Part shown: positions 12,742 through 24,564 of the stretch, in pieces
Layout of the letters: each line of letters begins with the position of its first letter
How positions within the stretch are numbered: the stretch's first letter is position 1
DNA from: Mustelus asterias
Taxonomy: Eukaryota
NCBI RefSeq assembly: GCF_964213995.1
Contig: NW_027590159.1
Span: 496,001-560,000, forward strand
Length of the DNA: 64,000 nucleotides
Direction of reading: 5' to 3'
Made by a program: the position numbers and the translations under genes
The notes under the pieces: generated by a model
Database searches by the model: none
Told to the model about the DNA's origin: nothing
What the model saw: the letters and a program-made list of their open reading frames with translations, nothing else

Positions 12742-12750
12742 ATCAAATGA
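12742..12750 (+). CDS. IGHM: IgM TM2 exon (IK-stop)
   Basis: ttcttttacag|ATC AAA TGA, giving cytoplasmic tail K-I-K. Confidence 0.92.
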   Translation: MK

Positions 12751-13202
12751 TGGGTTGAATTTTGGAAGCTGCAGATTTCCTGCAGCTGATTATCAAGATC
12801 TCTGTATGGATCAAATGCAATATCTGCTCTCGGTGACTCTATCAGTAAAATTCTCTCAGTTTATCATTCTGAATCTGTAACTGAGGCAATTATAGACGTT
12901 AATTCAGTTTTCAGTGTGAAATGTACGAGGCATTTTTTGTTATAATGTAATTGTGGGTAATAGTTTCCCCGTAGTTTAAAGATCATGTATAAATAAGAAA
13001 CTTTTCTCATTCCTTATTCACATTTGATAATTCCTCTTTCTATTAAGGTCCTGTTTTCTCTTTCTGGTGTATGTAACAGATGTACAAATATTGACGGATT
13101 CCCTGTGCATGTGTTGTGTTCTCAATGTGAAGCTCGATCGTTAAATTCACTTTTCTAACTTTAAAAAATAATGTCGCTGTAAAATATTCTCTGAATTTTT
13201 AA

Positions 13203-13208
13203 AATAAA
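13203..13208 (+). terminator. Probable poly(A) signal for membrane IgM mRNA
   Basis: AATAAA about 450 nt after the TM2 stop. Confidence 0.6.
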
Positions 13209-13569
13209 TATTGAATGAAATTTTAACCATCTCTGGCTTGGCTTAATTCCGTTCTCCAAAACACATCAACTCCGCCCCATTTTCCCTATTACACGGTTTC
13301 CCCTCTTTCCCAGACAGGGATTTTCCCAGTCATATGTGGGATGTGGTTGAACTCAATGCCCTTTCGTGAAAGAGTCACTGCGCCACCCAGTGACCCATCC
13401 GTGTAAATACACCTTCATCTCTGCCTTTTTATGATAAAATCCGGACACAGAATGAACGATGAGGAGAACCGCGGTGATTTCACGCATAAACTGGTCTGTC
13501 ACTGACGAGTTTCAGGTAATTCTAAACAGCAAAAGGCTCATTCATTCGAGGCCGATGCAGGACAGTGAA

Positions 13570-13710
13570 TCTTAGAATCTTAGAAACCCTACAGCACAGA
13601 AAGAGGCCATTCGGCCCATCGAGTCTGCACCAACCACAATCCCACCCATATCCCTACATATTTACCCACTAATCCCACCCATATCCCTACATATGTACCC
13701 ACTAATCCAC
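13570..13710 (-). mobile_element. HE1-like SINE 3' fragment with internal duplication
   Basis: Reverse complement of the SINE tail (ggccattcggcccatcgagtctgcac). Confidence 0.75.
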
Positions 13711-14347
13711 TAATTGTGTGGCAGAAGATAGTTTCCTATACACTGTCCCTTAAAAACTCTATCAGTGTCGCTGCAGCGTGGGTTAACAGAGTGTATCTCT
13801 CTATATATCGTCCGATGAAATACTTCCCAGGCAGGCAAACCACAAGCTAGATAGAGAACACATACAGAACAGATGTGCAAACCATGGGGTGAAACCAAGA
13901 GAATGAGGTGTATTTCACATAAGCACATCATCGATTGCAAATTTCCAAATTATGACTAATGTTGTGGGATAATTTGAGATGACCAATACTGTCGTTAACT
14001 ACAGACAATATAAAACTCACGAGGCAGGTATCTCTGTGTGAGGAAGTCAAAATGAACATTCCCACCGGCTCATTTCCAAAACTGGATAGACACGTGATCC
14101 TGAGTCCCAGTACGATCTATTCTATGTCTAAACATTGAATGTCCCCATTCATAAAGTTGCAAAATGCGTTCCCTCGCCAGAAACTTTTAAATATTAATTC
14201 TGCAACTACGAAGGTTCCCAGGCCATTGGCTCTCAACTCTTCGATTTGTCATCATACCTTACAGTGACTTGCTTTTGCTTGAAATGAACAATAATTCATT
14301 CAATACATAAATTACATTTAAAATATGAGCATATATGTTTTATAACA

Positions 14348-14680
14348 GGGCGGCACGGTAGCACAGTGGTTAGCACTGCTGCTTCACAGCTCCAGGATCC
14401 CGGGTTCGATTCCCGGCTCAGGTCACTGTCTGTGTGGAGTTTGCACATTCTCCTCGTGTCTGCGTGGGTTTCCTCCGGGTGCTCCGGTTTCCTCCCACAG
14501 TCCAAAGATGTGCGGGTTAGGTTGATTGGCCAGGTTAAAAATTGCCCCGTAGTATCCTGAGATGCGTAGGTTAGTGGGATTAGCGGGTAAATATGTGGGG
14601 GTAGGGCCTGGGTGGGATTGTGGTCGGTGCAGACTCGATGGGCCGAATGGCCTCCTTCTGCACTGTAGGGTTTCTATGAT
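14348..14680 (+). mobile_element. Full-length shark HE1-like (V-SINE) tRNA-derived SINE
   Basis: tRNA-like head with A/B boxes (ggttcgattcc), V-SINE core ggtttcctccgggtgctccggtttcctccc, CR1-like tail. Confidence 0.9.
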
Positions 14681-15214
14681 AATCATAGTTATTTATTTAA
14701 TTCTCTTATTGCATCCACATATTTGTAAAGTATTTGTTTCATTCCCATATTATCCTTGTTTCAAGAATCATTTAACTCTTTGTTTGTAGTGTCTTATGTA
14801 TTCTGTCAAAAACCCTGTAAATTGGTTAATAATTTTCCCCTTCAGTCGTATTTAAGATAAGCACATCATCGAATACAAATTTTCAAATTATGACTAGATT
14901 GGGATCTTTGCGATTGACCAGAGGGGAAAAAAAAACACAGAAGTTTCAAAAAGCTGGGGCCCATTTGATACAATTAACTACTTATTCTCCGAGGCTGGGG
15001 CCTTCTGATACAGATGTTTCAGCTTCACAATCAGGAAAAGTCCAGAAAAATCAAATATTTTTACTGATAAAAGTTTATTAATGAAACAGAACATGGTTAA
15101 AACAAACAGAAAATGACTTGAGGATCAAAGACAGCCAGAGTAAAAGGATGTTCACAATGTTCTGGACATAAATGGTTTCTCTTCAGCCCCTCTGTAGCCT
15201 GTTCCCTGCCCTCT

Positions 15215-15600
15215 TTGTGGAACACCTCCGCTCAGTCCACAAGCATGACCCTGACCTTCCGCTTGCTTGCCATTAGAATTCACCACCTTGCTCTCACACT
15301 CACATTTCTGTCCTCGGCCTGCTGCAATGTTCCGGAGAAGCCCAACACAAGCTGGACAAACAGCCCCTCATCTTCCGATGAGGCACTTTACAGCCTTCTG
15401 GACTCAACATTGAGTTCAACAACTTCACCCCCTGAACTTGTTTTCATGGTTTTTTGTTTCAGACAGCGATGTTCATTATTCTGTCCTGAACACTCACTTC
15501 TTTACGACAACCATTACCTCGCCTTTTGCTTCTGTTCTACAAAATTCTTCTCCACAGATGCTGCCAGACCAGCTGCATTTTTCCAGTTCTTTCTGCGTTT
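15215..15600 (+). mobile_element. Degraded Penelope-like GIY-YIG C-terminus and pLTR fragment
   Basis: ..gcactttacagccttctggactcaacattgagttcaac (TLQPSGLNIEF) and cagatgctgccagacc pLTR motif. Confidence 0.7.
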
Positions 15601-15764
15601 ATTGTAGAACTGCATGTAGTAGGGGGAAAACACTATTTACTCTCCTGGAGTAAATAAATGTCCTTCATCAGTTGTTGTGGATCATTTCAGTGGAAATGTG
15701 CTCTGCCAGGCTCAAAGGAACCCTCCGACTCTCCCACTTTACCAACTGTCAGAATGAACATGGT

Positions 15765-16320
15765 TCAGTCCTGGATGTGATTAACAGCAGAATCCACCTC
15801 ATGTAAGCAAATGTGAACTTGCTGGTGTCTCAGCAGGGAAGTTGACCGAGTGAATCCCTTCCCACACTGAGAGCAGGTGAATGGCCTCTCCCCGGTGTGA
15901 ACTCGCTGGTGTGTCTGCAGGGTGGATAACTGAGTGAATCCCTTCCCACAGTCAGAGCAGGTGAACAGTCTCTCCCCGTATAAAATTGATGGTGTCTCAG
16001 CTGGGTGGGGGAATCTCGGAATCGCTTCCCATAATCAAAGCAAGTGAATGGTCTTTCCCCAGTGTGAACTCTCTGGTGCTTCTGCAGAGTGGATGAATCT
16101 CTGAATCCCTTTCCACACTCAGTGCAGATGAATGGCCTCTCTCCAGTGTGAACTCACTGGTGTCCGAGCAGGTTGAATGACTGAGTGAATCCCTTCCCAC
16201 ATTCAGTGCAGATAAAAGGCCTCTCCTCTGTGTGAATTCACTGATGTCTCCACAGGTGGGATAACTGAGTGACTCCCTTCCCACAATCAGAGCAAGTAAA
16301 TGGCCTTTCCACAGTGTGAA
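15765..16320 (-). pseudogene. C2H2 zinc-finger pseudogene, last exon remnant with 6 fingers
   Basis: Repeats of HTGERPF(T/I)CxxCGKGF..L..HQ..H; TGA stops at 16238-16240 and 16154-16156, one Cys>Tyr, 1-bp deletion near 15979; 5' part replaced by CR1. Confidence 0.92.
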
Positions 16321-16950
16321 GAAGGCCTATAGTGTGTTAGCTTTTATTAACAGGGGGTTGGAGTTTAAGAGCCGTGGGGTTATGCTGCAACTGTACAGGA
16401 CCTTGGTGAGACCACATTTGGAATATTGTGTGCAGTTCTGGTCACCTCACTATAAGGAGGACGTGGAAGCGCTGGAAAGAGTGCAGAGGAGATTTACCAG
16501 GATGCTGCCTGGTTTGGAGGGTAGGTCTTATGAGGAAAGGGTAAGGGAGCTAGGGCTGTTCTCTCTGGAGCGGAGGAGGCTGAGGGGAGACTTAATAGAG
16601 GTTTATAAAATTATGAAGGGGATAGATAGAGTGAACGTTCAAAGACTATTTCCTCGGGTGGCTGGAGCTATTACAAGGGGGCATAACTATAGGGTTCATG
16701 GTGGGAGATATAGGAAGGATGTCCGAGGTAGGTTCTTTACTCAGAGAGTGGCTGGGATGTGGAATGGACTGCCTGCAGTGATAGTGGAGTCAGACACTTG
16801 AGGAACATTTAAGCGGTTATTGGATAGGCACATGGAGCACACCAGGATGATAGGGAGTGGGATAGCTTGATCTTGGTTTCGGATGAAGCTCGGCACAACA
16901 TCGTGGGCCGAAGGGCCTGTTCTGTGCTGTACTGTTCTATGTTCTATGTA
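16315..16950 (+). mobile_element. Young 5'-truncated CR1, same subfamily as 37580-40105
   Basis: ORF 16316-16801 nearly identical to the C-terminus of ORF 37665-39593; (ttctatg)n tail. Confidence 0.93.
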
Positions 16951-17700
16951 TGACTTACTCAGTTAATGGGAGGCGTTGGGGAGAGTTACAGAACAAAGAG
17001 ATTGAAGGGTACATGTTCATAGCTCCTTGAAAGTGGAGTCACAGGTGGACAGAGTGGTGAAGAAGACATTCGGCATGCTTGGTTTCATTGGTCAGAACAT
17101 TGAATACAGGAGTTGGGACATCTTGTTGAAGTTGTCCAAGACATTGGTAAGGCAACACTTGGAATACTGTGTACAGTTCTGGTCACCCTATTATAGAAAG
17201 GATATTATTAAACTAGAAAGAGTGCAGAAGAGATTTACTAGGATGCTACCGGACTTGATGGTTTGAGTAATAAGGAGAGGCTGGATAGACTGGAACTTTT
17301 TTCTCTGGAGCTGAGGAGGCTGAGGATGATGTTCTAGAGGCCTATAAAATAATGAGGGGCATAGGTCAGCTCGATAGTCAATATCTTTTCCCAAAGGTAG
17401 GGGAATCTAAAACTAGAGGGCATAGGTTTAAGGTAAGAGGGGAGAGTTAGAAAAGTGTCCAGAGGGGCAATTGTTTCGCACAGAGGGTGATGAGTGTCTG
17501 GAAGAATCTGCCAGAGGTAGTAGTAGAGGGGGGTACAATTTTGTATTTTAAAAAGCATTTAGACAGTTACATGGGTAAAATGGGTATAGAGGGATATAGG
17601 CGAAATGCAGACAATTGGGACTAGCTCAGGGGTTTTAAAAAAAGGGTGGCATGGACAAGTTGGGCCGAAGGGTCTGTTTCCATGCTGTAAACCTCTATGC
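16951..17700 (+). mobile_element. 5'-truncated CR1, same subfamily as 3675-4472
   Basis: KVESQVDRVVKK..HLEYCVQFWSP, with stops downstream. Confidence 0.9.
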
Positions 17701-18093
17701 CTGTTTGCCCTGGATCAAAGTGACACCCAGGAACTCCCAAATGCTGCAGCTTGATTGTGTACTAATAAACTGTTTCTTTTATCCAATGATAATTTATTTT
17801 TGTTTTTAAGTATTTTATTAACCTTACCACCTGTTGCTATACTATTTTGATCCTTAGGAACAGAATAAATTTTAGTTACTGAGCAGATACTCACCAAAAA
17901 TCTAGCTTCTTCTCCTGTAGAAGAGTAAGATCACTTCCCAAAGGCTGAGAAAGTTAGAAAGCAAAAGGGCACCCCTTTCCCTTCCTTCCCTAACTCCCTT
18001 AATTACCCAACTCCCAGAATTATATTCTAAGCTGCACTCAAGTAATGCCGGTTCAGAGCTGTTTCTGAGCTGTCGATTCAATACAATACTCAC

Positions 18094-19285
18094 TTGCAGA
18101 CATGGACATCAAGGCCTGTATGGGTCTCCAGGCCATCATGCACACATCATGATAGGGAGGATGGAGATTGTGTTGCCAGTCATTTACATGATGAACAGAT
18201 TCATGGGCAGCTGTTTCAATGGGCCCAAGGCGATGTCCCAGCAGCGCTGAAAACAGAAAGTGAGCAGGGTATCAGTAAAGGGAGCCGGTTAGGGGAGGCC
18301 ATATACTGATCTTATACCCAGGCCTGGAAGTAAGGATGACGATTAACCCTTTATCACACAGGCTGCTGTGGTTCACCAAGGTACTTGACCACCGTGGACA
18401 AACCAGGGGCGTTGTCAGCCACCCACTAAAGACACATTCAAATCCAACTTACTTTCTCAACCAGGATCCGGTCTGTTTCTTGGACGCGGATGTCCGGTAG
18501 CTGTTTGTCCGAATATGCGACTGGGCACATGGAGTCTCTCTGGCCACACTGTTGATCACGGCTCCTGTGAGAAACAGAAAACACAAATTGGTCACCCTTT
18601 CAAGACCTTCTTTAAAGAAGGAGTCTCTCTGTTGAGGACCCCAACGTGGTGGCAATAGTGCCAGCATGAACTAAAGCTTGGGCAAACCTCAGACACACAC
18701 TGCTATTGTGTGTACCAAACTGCCAGGGGAATGGAGAGATGCAGAAGTGGATTTAGTGTGAATTGATAATCAGGGTGCCAATCCGCTTGCCCTCCATTTA
18801 GGGACAAAGCGACAAATCACCAGATGTACCAAATTGTATCTTGAAAACAAACTGAAGGTTATTGAGAGAGATCCAGTTCAGCACCCGGCCCTGGAAACGA
18901 GCAATCGTTCCTCCAACCACCACCGCAGTTGGCACCTGATCAGGTGGAGGGGCTGAAACCAAGATGGCATCTCAGGGTCATGACCTGGGGAAAAGATGCC
19001 AAGTGGGGTCTGAGTGATTTCTGGGGGATTTGAAGGGCTGCTTTGTGCTGAGGAGCTCGGTGAGGGGTAAAAGAGACGTGAAAAACTCGGGGTTGGGAAG
19101 TTTTGAGTTGGTGCCACATCCCCAGGTCGCCTCCGCTGGAGAGGCGGACTGACCCGGCTTGCCGCGTACTCGAGCCCCCGGCTCCCCGCGCGGCCTCCGC
19201 ACCTGCTGCTGCTGTCACTCAGGTTGAGCTCGAGGGTCCAATTCTGCCAGCGCGCGCTGTTGGCGAGCCCCGCCCCTGCCGCCAT
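18094..19285 (-). pseudogene. EMC4: Unprocessed, 3'-truncated EMC4 (TMEM85) pseudogene; exons 19285-19203, 18564-18453, 18246-18094
   Basis: Spliced translation MAAGAGLANSARWQNWTLELNLSDSSR|[37 protein letters not shown]|[33 protein letters not shown](fs)VCMMAWRPIQALMSMSA matches vertebrate EMC4; GT-AG sites intact; TAA at 18184-18186 and 1-bp deletion near 18145; exons 4-5 not found. Confidence 0.95.
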
Positions 19286-19535
19286 GGCAACGCCTGCCAC
19301 CGTTAACCGTCCCCCCCTTTCAAATCTGATTCCGATCCGGAGAAGAACCCGCGCGCTTCCGTCAACAAAACACTCCCGCTGCAATGCGCATGTGCGATCC
19401 CAACCTCCTCCCCGTTCTGCGTACACTGCCCATTGCCCCGCCCCCCACATCGCCGCCATCTTTGTTAAGGGCACATTGGTTCTTCATCTTCCGTCCAAAC
19501 GGAGGACGTCTGCCCCACACAAAGATGGACATCAC
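19120..19535 (-). promoter_or_regulatory. CpG-island housekeeping-type promoter of the EMC4 copy
   Basis: CpG-dense; YY1-like CGCCATCTTT at 19454-19463, NRF1-like TGCGCATGTGCG at 19385-19396, GC boxes CCCCGCCCC at 19268 and 19436. Confidence 0.75.
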
Positions 19536-19929
19536 TTAATATCAGAGATATTTAAAATATTGCTTTTATCGCTTCAACCGTAACGCCGCATAAAACGTCA
19601 ATAAAACCGAAAGGACCTTGTCTCCTCATTCAGCAACCAAAATTATAAGAATCCATTGTTAATAGGTTTCTCCACAGATGTCGCCAGGTCTGCTGAGTTT
19701 ATCCAGTATTTTCAGTTTAAATTTCCCAATTCCAACATCCGCAGTATTTTACTTTTATTTCCCTTCCCATTCTACCTCCAGTGCAACTGGATATCATGAG
19801 TAAAGCTACCACCAGGCTGATCCTTCCGGGTGGAACAGTGGTTAGCATTGCTGCCTTACATTACAGTGCTTGAGACCTGGATTTGATTCTTGCCTTGGGT
19901 TACTGTGCGGAGTCCACCCACTATGGTTG

Positions 19930-20510
19930 ACAGGGCTCCTGACTGTGTCCAACTCATCCCCCAGGCCACTGCTCGCACCCCCTCCTCTCCCTCCCAGAAA
20001 GAGGACAGGGTTCCCCTTGTCCACTTGTCCGTCCTTTTGCAATGTTCCAGTGAACCCCAACGCAAACTGGAGCAACAGCACCTCATCTTCCAATTGGGCA
20101 CTTTACAGCCTTCTGGACTAAACATTGAGTTCAACAACTTCAGAGCATGACTCTCCCCTCCACCTTTATCCCCTTTCCATTTATTTTATTTCATTCTGTT
20201 TCTTCTTTTTTATCATACCTCTTTCTCACTTCCATTTTACCATTTCTTCATTCCTGCTCTCCTTCTTGCCTCTCCCCCCCCCCCCCCCTCACTCCTCTTT
20301 CAGGGCAACTGCCTTAACCACCTTTACCTCTGCTCTGCTATTCTGATCGCTTAATGGACATTTTTAGCATCTCTCTGCGCTGTCTTTATCCTCATTTGCA
20401 TTCCCTTTGTCCAATCACAGCACCCCACTTCCACCCTCATAATTTAACTTTTTTCTGCTTTTCTTTGCTCTTAGCTCTGACGAAGGGTCATCCAGACTTG
20501 AATCGTTGGC
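19930..20510 (+). mobile_element. Internally deleted Penelope-like element (GIY-YIG C-terminus and partial pLTR)
   Basis: DRVPLV..LQCSSEPQRKLEQQHLIFQLGTLQPSGLNIEF; ends in ctgacgaagggtcatccagacttgaatcgtt. Confidence 0.8.
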
Positions 20511-21300
20511 TAGTTACTCAATATTTGTTTTGTTATTCGATATTAAATATGAATACATGTATTTAATACATACGTCTTCATTCTGAATTGAATATCTCGG
20601 GAATATGCAACATTGAATTGCAAACATGACTGACCAATAAAAGAAATCGAGTCACTGGGTAATACACATCCCATTTGAGACAGTCAGCTTTTAAACAATA
20701 TCAAATATCTTTAAAGGGAAAAGATTTAATAATGATTTGCGAGTTATACTTGATCCCTCTTTATTCTGCATGTGAAACATTCTGGCGCCTAAATCCCGTT
20801 CATCTATAGGAAAGTCCAGCAGATCTACACTGAGTTTCGATTTACTCATCTGCCTGAGTGATGTTTTCCCATTTCTTTATTATGAAGAACAATTTTTAAA
20901 ATATGCGCCATTTCCTCTAGTTCAGTTACAGTTTCAGTTGTGTCTGTCTTTATGAGCACAGACTACTGTTACACATGTTTCAGATGGTGATTAACTATGT
21001 TAGTCTGCATTTATAAATCCATTAAATTCTGTTATGGACTGAACAAGTTGCTAATATGCGCACGGTGTCAAAGTACAAACATTTATTTCCTCATTGCGTC
21101 TTAAAATACAGCATTTCTGATTTTGCCCTCTTTTTAGGTCAAACCAAATAAACAAACTCAGATTAAGCTGATTTTGCTGAAAGCATTTGTGGCTGAGTTC
21201 AGAGCAAAGATAACATGGCTGCAACATGGAGAATCGCAACACGTTCAGCAACAACGACCATGCAAAACTTCCCTCACATTAAATTAAGAACTCTAATGAA

Positions 21301-21373
21301 TGTTGCTGCCCAATTTCGAACCGGGGGCTTTTCGCGTGTGGGGCGAACATGATAACCACTACACTACAGAAAC
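21301..21373 (-). tRNA. tRNA-Val(CAC)-like, degenerate
   Basis: GTTTCTGTAGTGTAGTGGTTATC..CCCACAC..GGTTCGAAATTGGGCAGCAACA; U33>C and stem mismatches. Confidence 0.75.
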
Positions 21374-22396
21374 AACTGAGAGCATAGTACCACCAATTGG
21401 TCTGGCCACAATGTTGAACTCCACTGTGTTGCTGCAGGTTCTAATGGTTATACTGAGAGCCCATGTCACTGAATACAAGACAAAAGCCGTTTCTTTCAAC
21501 CTGATTTCTCAACTTATCTTGAACTTCAACCTTTAAAAGCGGTCGTCTGGCAAATATCGAAGGAAGCAATGATTTCTGCTCAATCATTAATGCATTATTC
21601 TCATCTTCCTTCGAATAATTTCAACCAGTTCTACCCAGTATTTGTTCGTTATTCAATGTTTAATATTAATATATTTTTATTAATTACATATCTCCTCATT
21701 CTGAATGAAATATCTCCGAAATAGGCAACATTGAATTGCAAACATGACTGACCAACGAAAGGAATCGAATCACTGGGTAATACACATGTCACGGTGCTTC
21801 ATTGAGATTGACCACAATCAGCTTTTGCACAAAATCAAATATCTCTAAAGGGAATAGATTTAAGAATGACTTGTTAGTTATACTTGACGCCTCTTTATTC
21901 TGTGTGTGAAACACTCAGGCATCAAAATCCCGTTCAGCTGTAGGAAAGTCCAGTACATCCGCACTGATTCTCGATTTCCTCAACTGTCTGAGTGGTTATC
22001 CCTATTTCTTTACTCTGAAGAATGATGTTAAAATAATGGTTCCGCGCAATGTGCGTCATTTCCTCTAGTTCAGTTACAGTTTCACTTGTGTCTGCCTTTT
22101 TGAGCACACAATCCTATTAGACATGGTTCAGATGATGATTAACTTTGTTAGTCTGCATCAACAAAGCCATTAAATTCTGTTGTGGACTGAATGAGTTGCT
22201 GATATGTCCACGGTGTCAAAACAGGAACATCTATTTCCTCTCATTGCGTCATAAAAATACAAGATCTCTGATTTTGCTGAAAGATTTTGAGGCCGAGGTC
22301 AGAGCAAAAATAACCTGTCTTTAATATTGAGTTTCGGATAATGTTCAGCAACAAATTTCAATCATGTAAACTTCCCTCCCTAACAAATGTTAATAA

Positions 22397-22468
22397 TATT
22401 TCGGCATGGTTTTGAACGAGGGACTTTTGTGTGTGAGGCGAATGCAACCACCATTACACTACAGAAAC
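22397..22468 (-). pseudogene. tRNA-Val(CAC) pseudogene
   Basis: Multiple substitutions and an indel relative to vertebrate tRNA-Val. Confidence 0.75.
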
Positions 22469-22556
22469 TGCTGGCGTCTGTAGGACCCAATGGAACTCTC
22501 TTGAAATGTTGCAACACTCATTGGGACTGCTGTAGACATATTGATCCAAGAATGAC

Positions 22557-23975
22557 TTTGATTTGATTTGATTTATTATTGTCACATGTATTAACATACA
22601 GTGAAAAGTATTGTTTCTTGCGCGCTATACAGGCAAAACATACCGTTCATAGAGAAGGAAATGAGAGTGTGCAGAATGTAGTGTTACAGTCATAGCTAGG
22701 GTGCAGAGAAAGATCAACTTAATGCAAGGTAAGTCCTTTCAAACGTCTGACAGCAGCAGGGAAGAAGCTATTCTTGAGTCGGTTGGTATGTGACCTCAGA
22801 CTTTTGTATCTTTTTCTCGAAGGAAGAAGCTGAAAGAGAGAATGCCCGGGGACATGGAGTCCTTAATTATGCTGGCCGCTTTGCCGAGGCAGCGGAAGTG
22901 TAGACAGATTCAATGGATGGGAGGCTGGTTTGTGTGATGTATTGGGCACATTCACGACCTTTTGTAGTTCCTTGCAGTCTTGAGCAGAGCAGGAGCCATG
23001 CCAAGCTGTGACACAGCCAGAAAGAATGCTTTCTATGGTACATCTGTAAAAGGTGGTGAGAGTCGTAGTTGACATGCCAAATTTCCTTAGTCTTCTGAGG
23101 AAGTAGAGGCGTTGGTGGGCTTTCTTAACTATAGTGTCGGCATTGGGGAAGGGGGGGGGGGGGCGGAGGAACCAGGACAGATAGTTGGTGGTCTGGACAC
23201 CTAAAAACTTGAAGCTCTCGACCCTTTCTACTTCGTCCCCGTTGATGTAGACAGGGGCATGTTCTCCTTTACGCTTCCTGAAGTCGATGACAATCTCCTT
23301 CGTTTTGTTGGCATGGCAGGAGAGATTATTGTTGCTGCACCAATTCACCAGATTCTCTACCTCATTCCTGTACTCTGTCTCATCATTGTTTGAGATCCGA
23401 CCCACTATAGTGGTGTCGTCAGCAAACTTGAAAATCGAATTGGAGCGGAATTTGGTCACACAGTCATAGGTGTATAAGGAGTATAGTAGGGGGCTGAGAG
23501 CACAGCATTGTTGGGTACTGGTGTTGAGGATGATTGTGGAGGAGGTGTTGTTGTCTATCCTTACAGATTGTGGTCTGTGAGTTAGGAAGTTCAGGATCCA
23601 GTCACAGAGGAGGTGCAGAGGCCCAGGCCCAGTTTGGAGATGAGTTTCGTGGGAATAATAGTTTTGAAGGCTGAGCTGTAGTCAATAAATATGAGTCTGT
23701 CTTTGTTATCTCGGTGATCCAGGGTTGAGTGCAAGGCCAGGGAAATGCCGTCTGCTGTGGACCTGTTGCGGCAACTGTAGTGGATCCAGGTAGTCCGGGA
23801 GGCTGGAATTGATTCGTGCCATGACAAACCTTTCAAAGCACTTCATAATGATGGATGTCAGAGCCACCGGCCGATAGTTATTAAGGCACGCTGCTTGATT
23901 TTTCTTAGGTACCGGGATGATGGTCGTCTTCTTGAAGCAGATAGGGACCTCAGATTGTTGTAATGATTGAAAATG
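22557..23975 (-). mobile_element. Rex1/Babar-type LINE, 5'-truncated and frameshifted
   Basis: [60 protein letters not shown]; (tcaaa)n tail. Confidence 0.85.
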
Positions 23976-24564
23976 GTTGGCAATGGTAAAGAACAATAAG
24001 AGGCCCTTCGACCCACCATGCCTATGCCAGCTGTTTTATGGTGAGCTACCAAACTGACGTGTCGGTGCGGGCTTGGTGGGCCGAAGGGCCTGTTCCTGTG
24101 CTGCACTGTTCTTTGTTCTCATTTCAATTTCCTCGTCTCATTCCATGAAGCTGATTTTTCTCCCTTTCAAGTCATTGTCCAATCCCCATTTGAAGAAGGA
24201 GTTTCTGTGGAATCCATGTACAGTTTGCTTTAGGTAACAACGTTTCACTGACCCAATGGCATGAAGTATTGGATATAGCTTCCCAATATAGTTTTCAATC
24301 TAAACATATATTTATTTATGCAATTGATTTCAAATCGAATTTAGAAAACGGGTTTAATCGGATCAAGCATCTCCTCATTATTTCTGAATTATGTATAATA
24401 TTAACTCCACAACTTTCCACAGAGTATGGAATATAACAGAGGAGAATTAATCACGTATACCTGAAGCAGTCTCCTTGTGTTGTCCTCCTGTGTCCCGAAC
24501 ATCCGATCTGGCAACCTCGAAAATGGGTGGGGAATCTGTCTTACCTACACCGACCTCACACGGG

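Noticed and set aside
18878-19583. 198-aa and 119-aa ORFs over the CpG island
   Set aside because: GC-rich read-through; only 19285-19203 is real EMC4 exon 1 coding sequence
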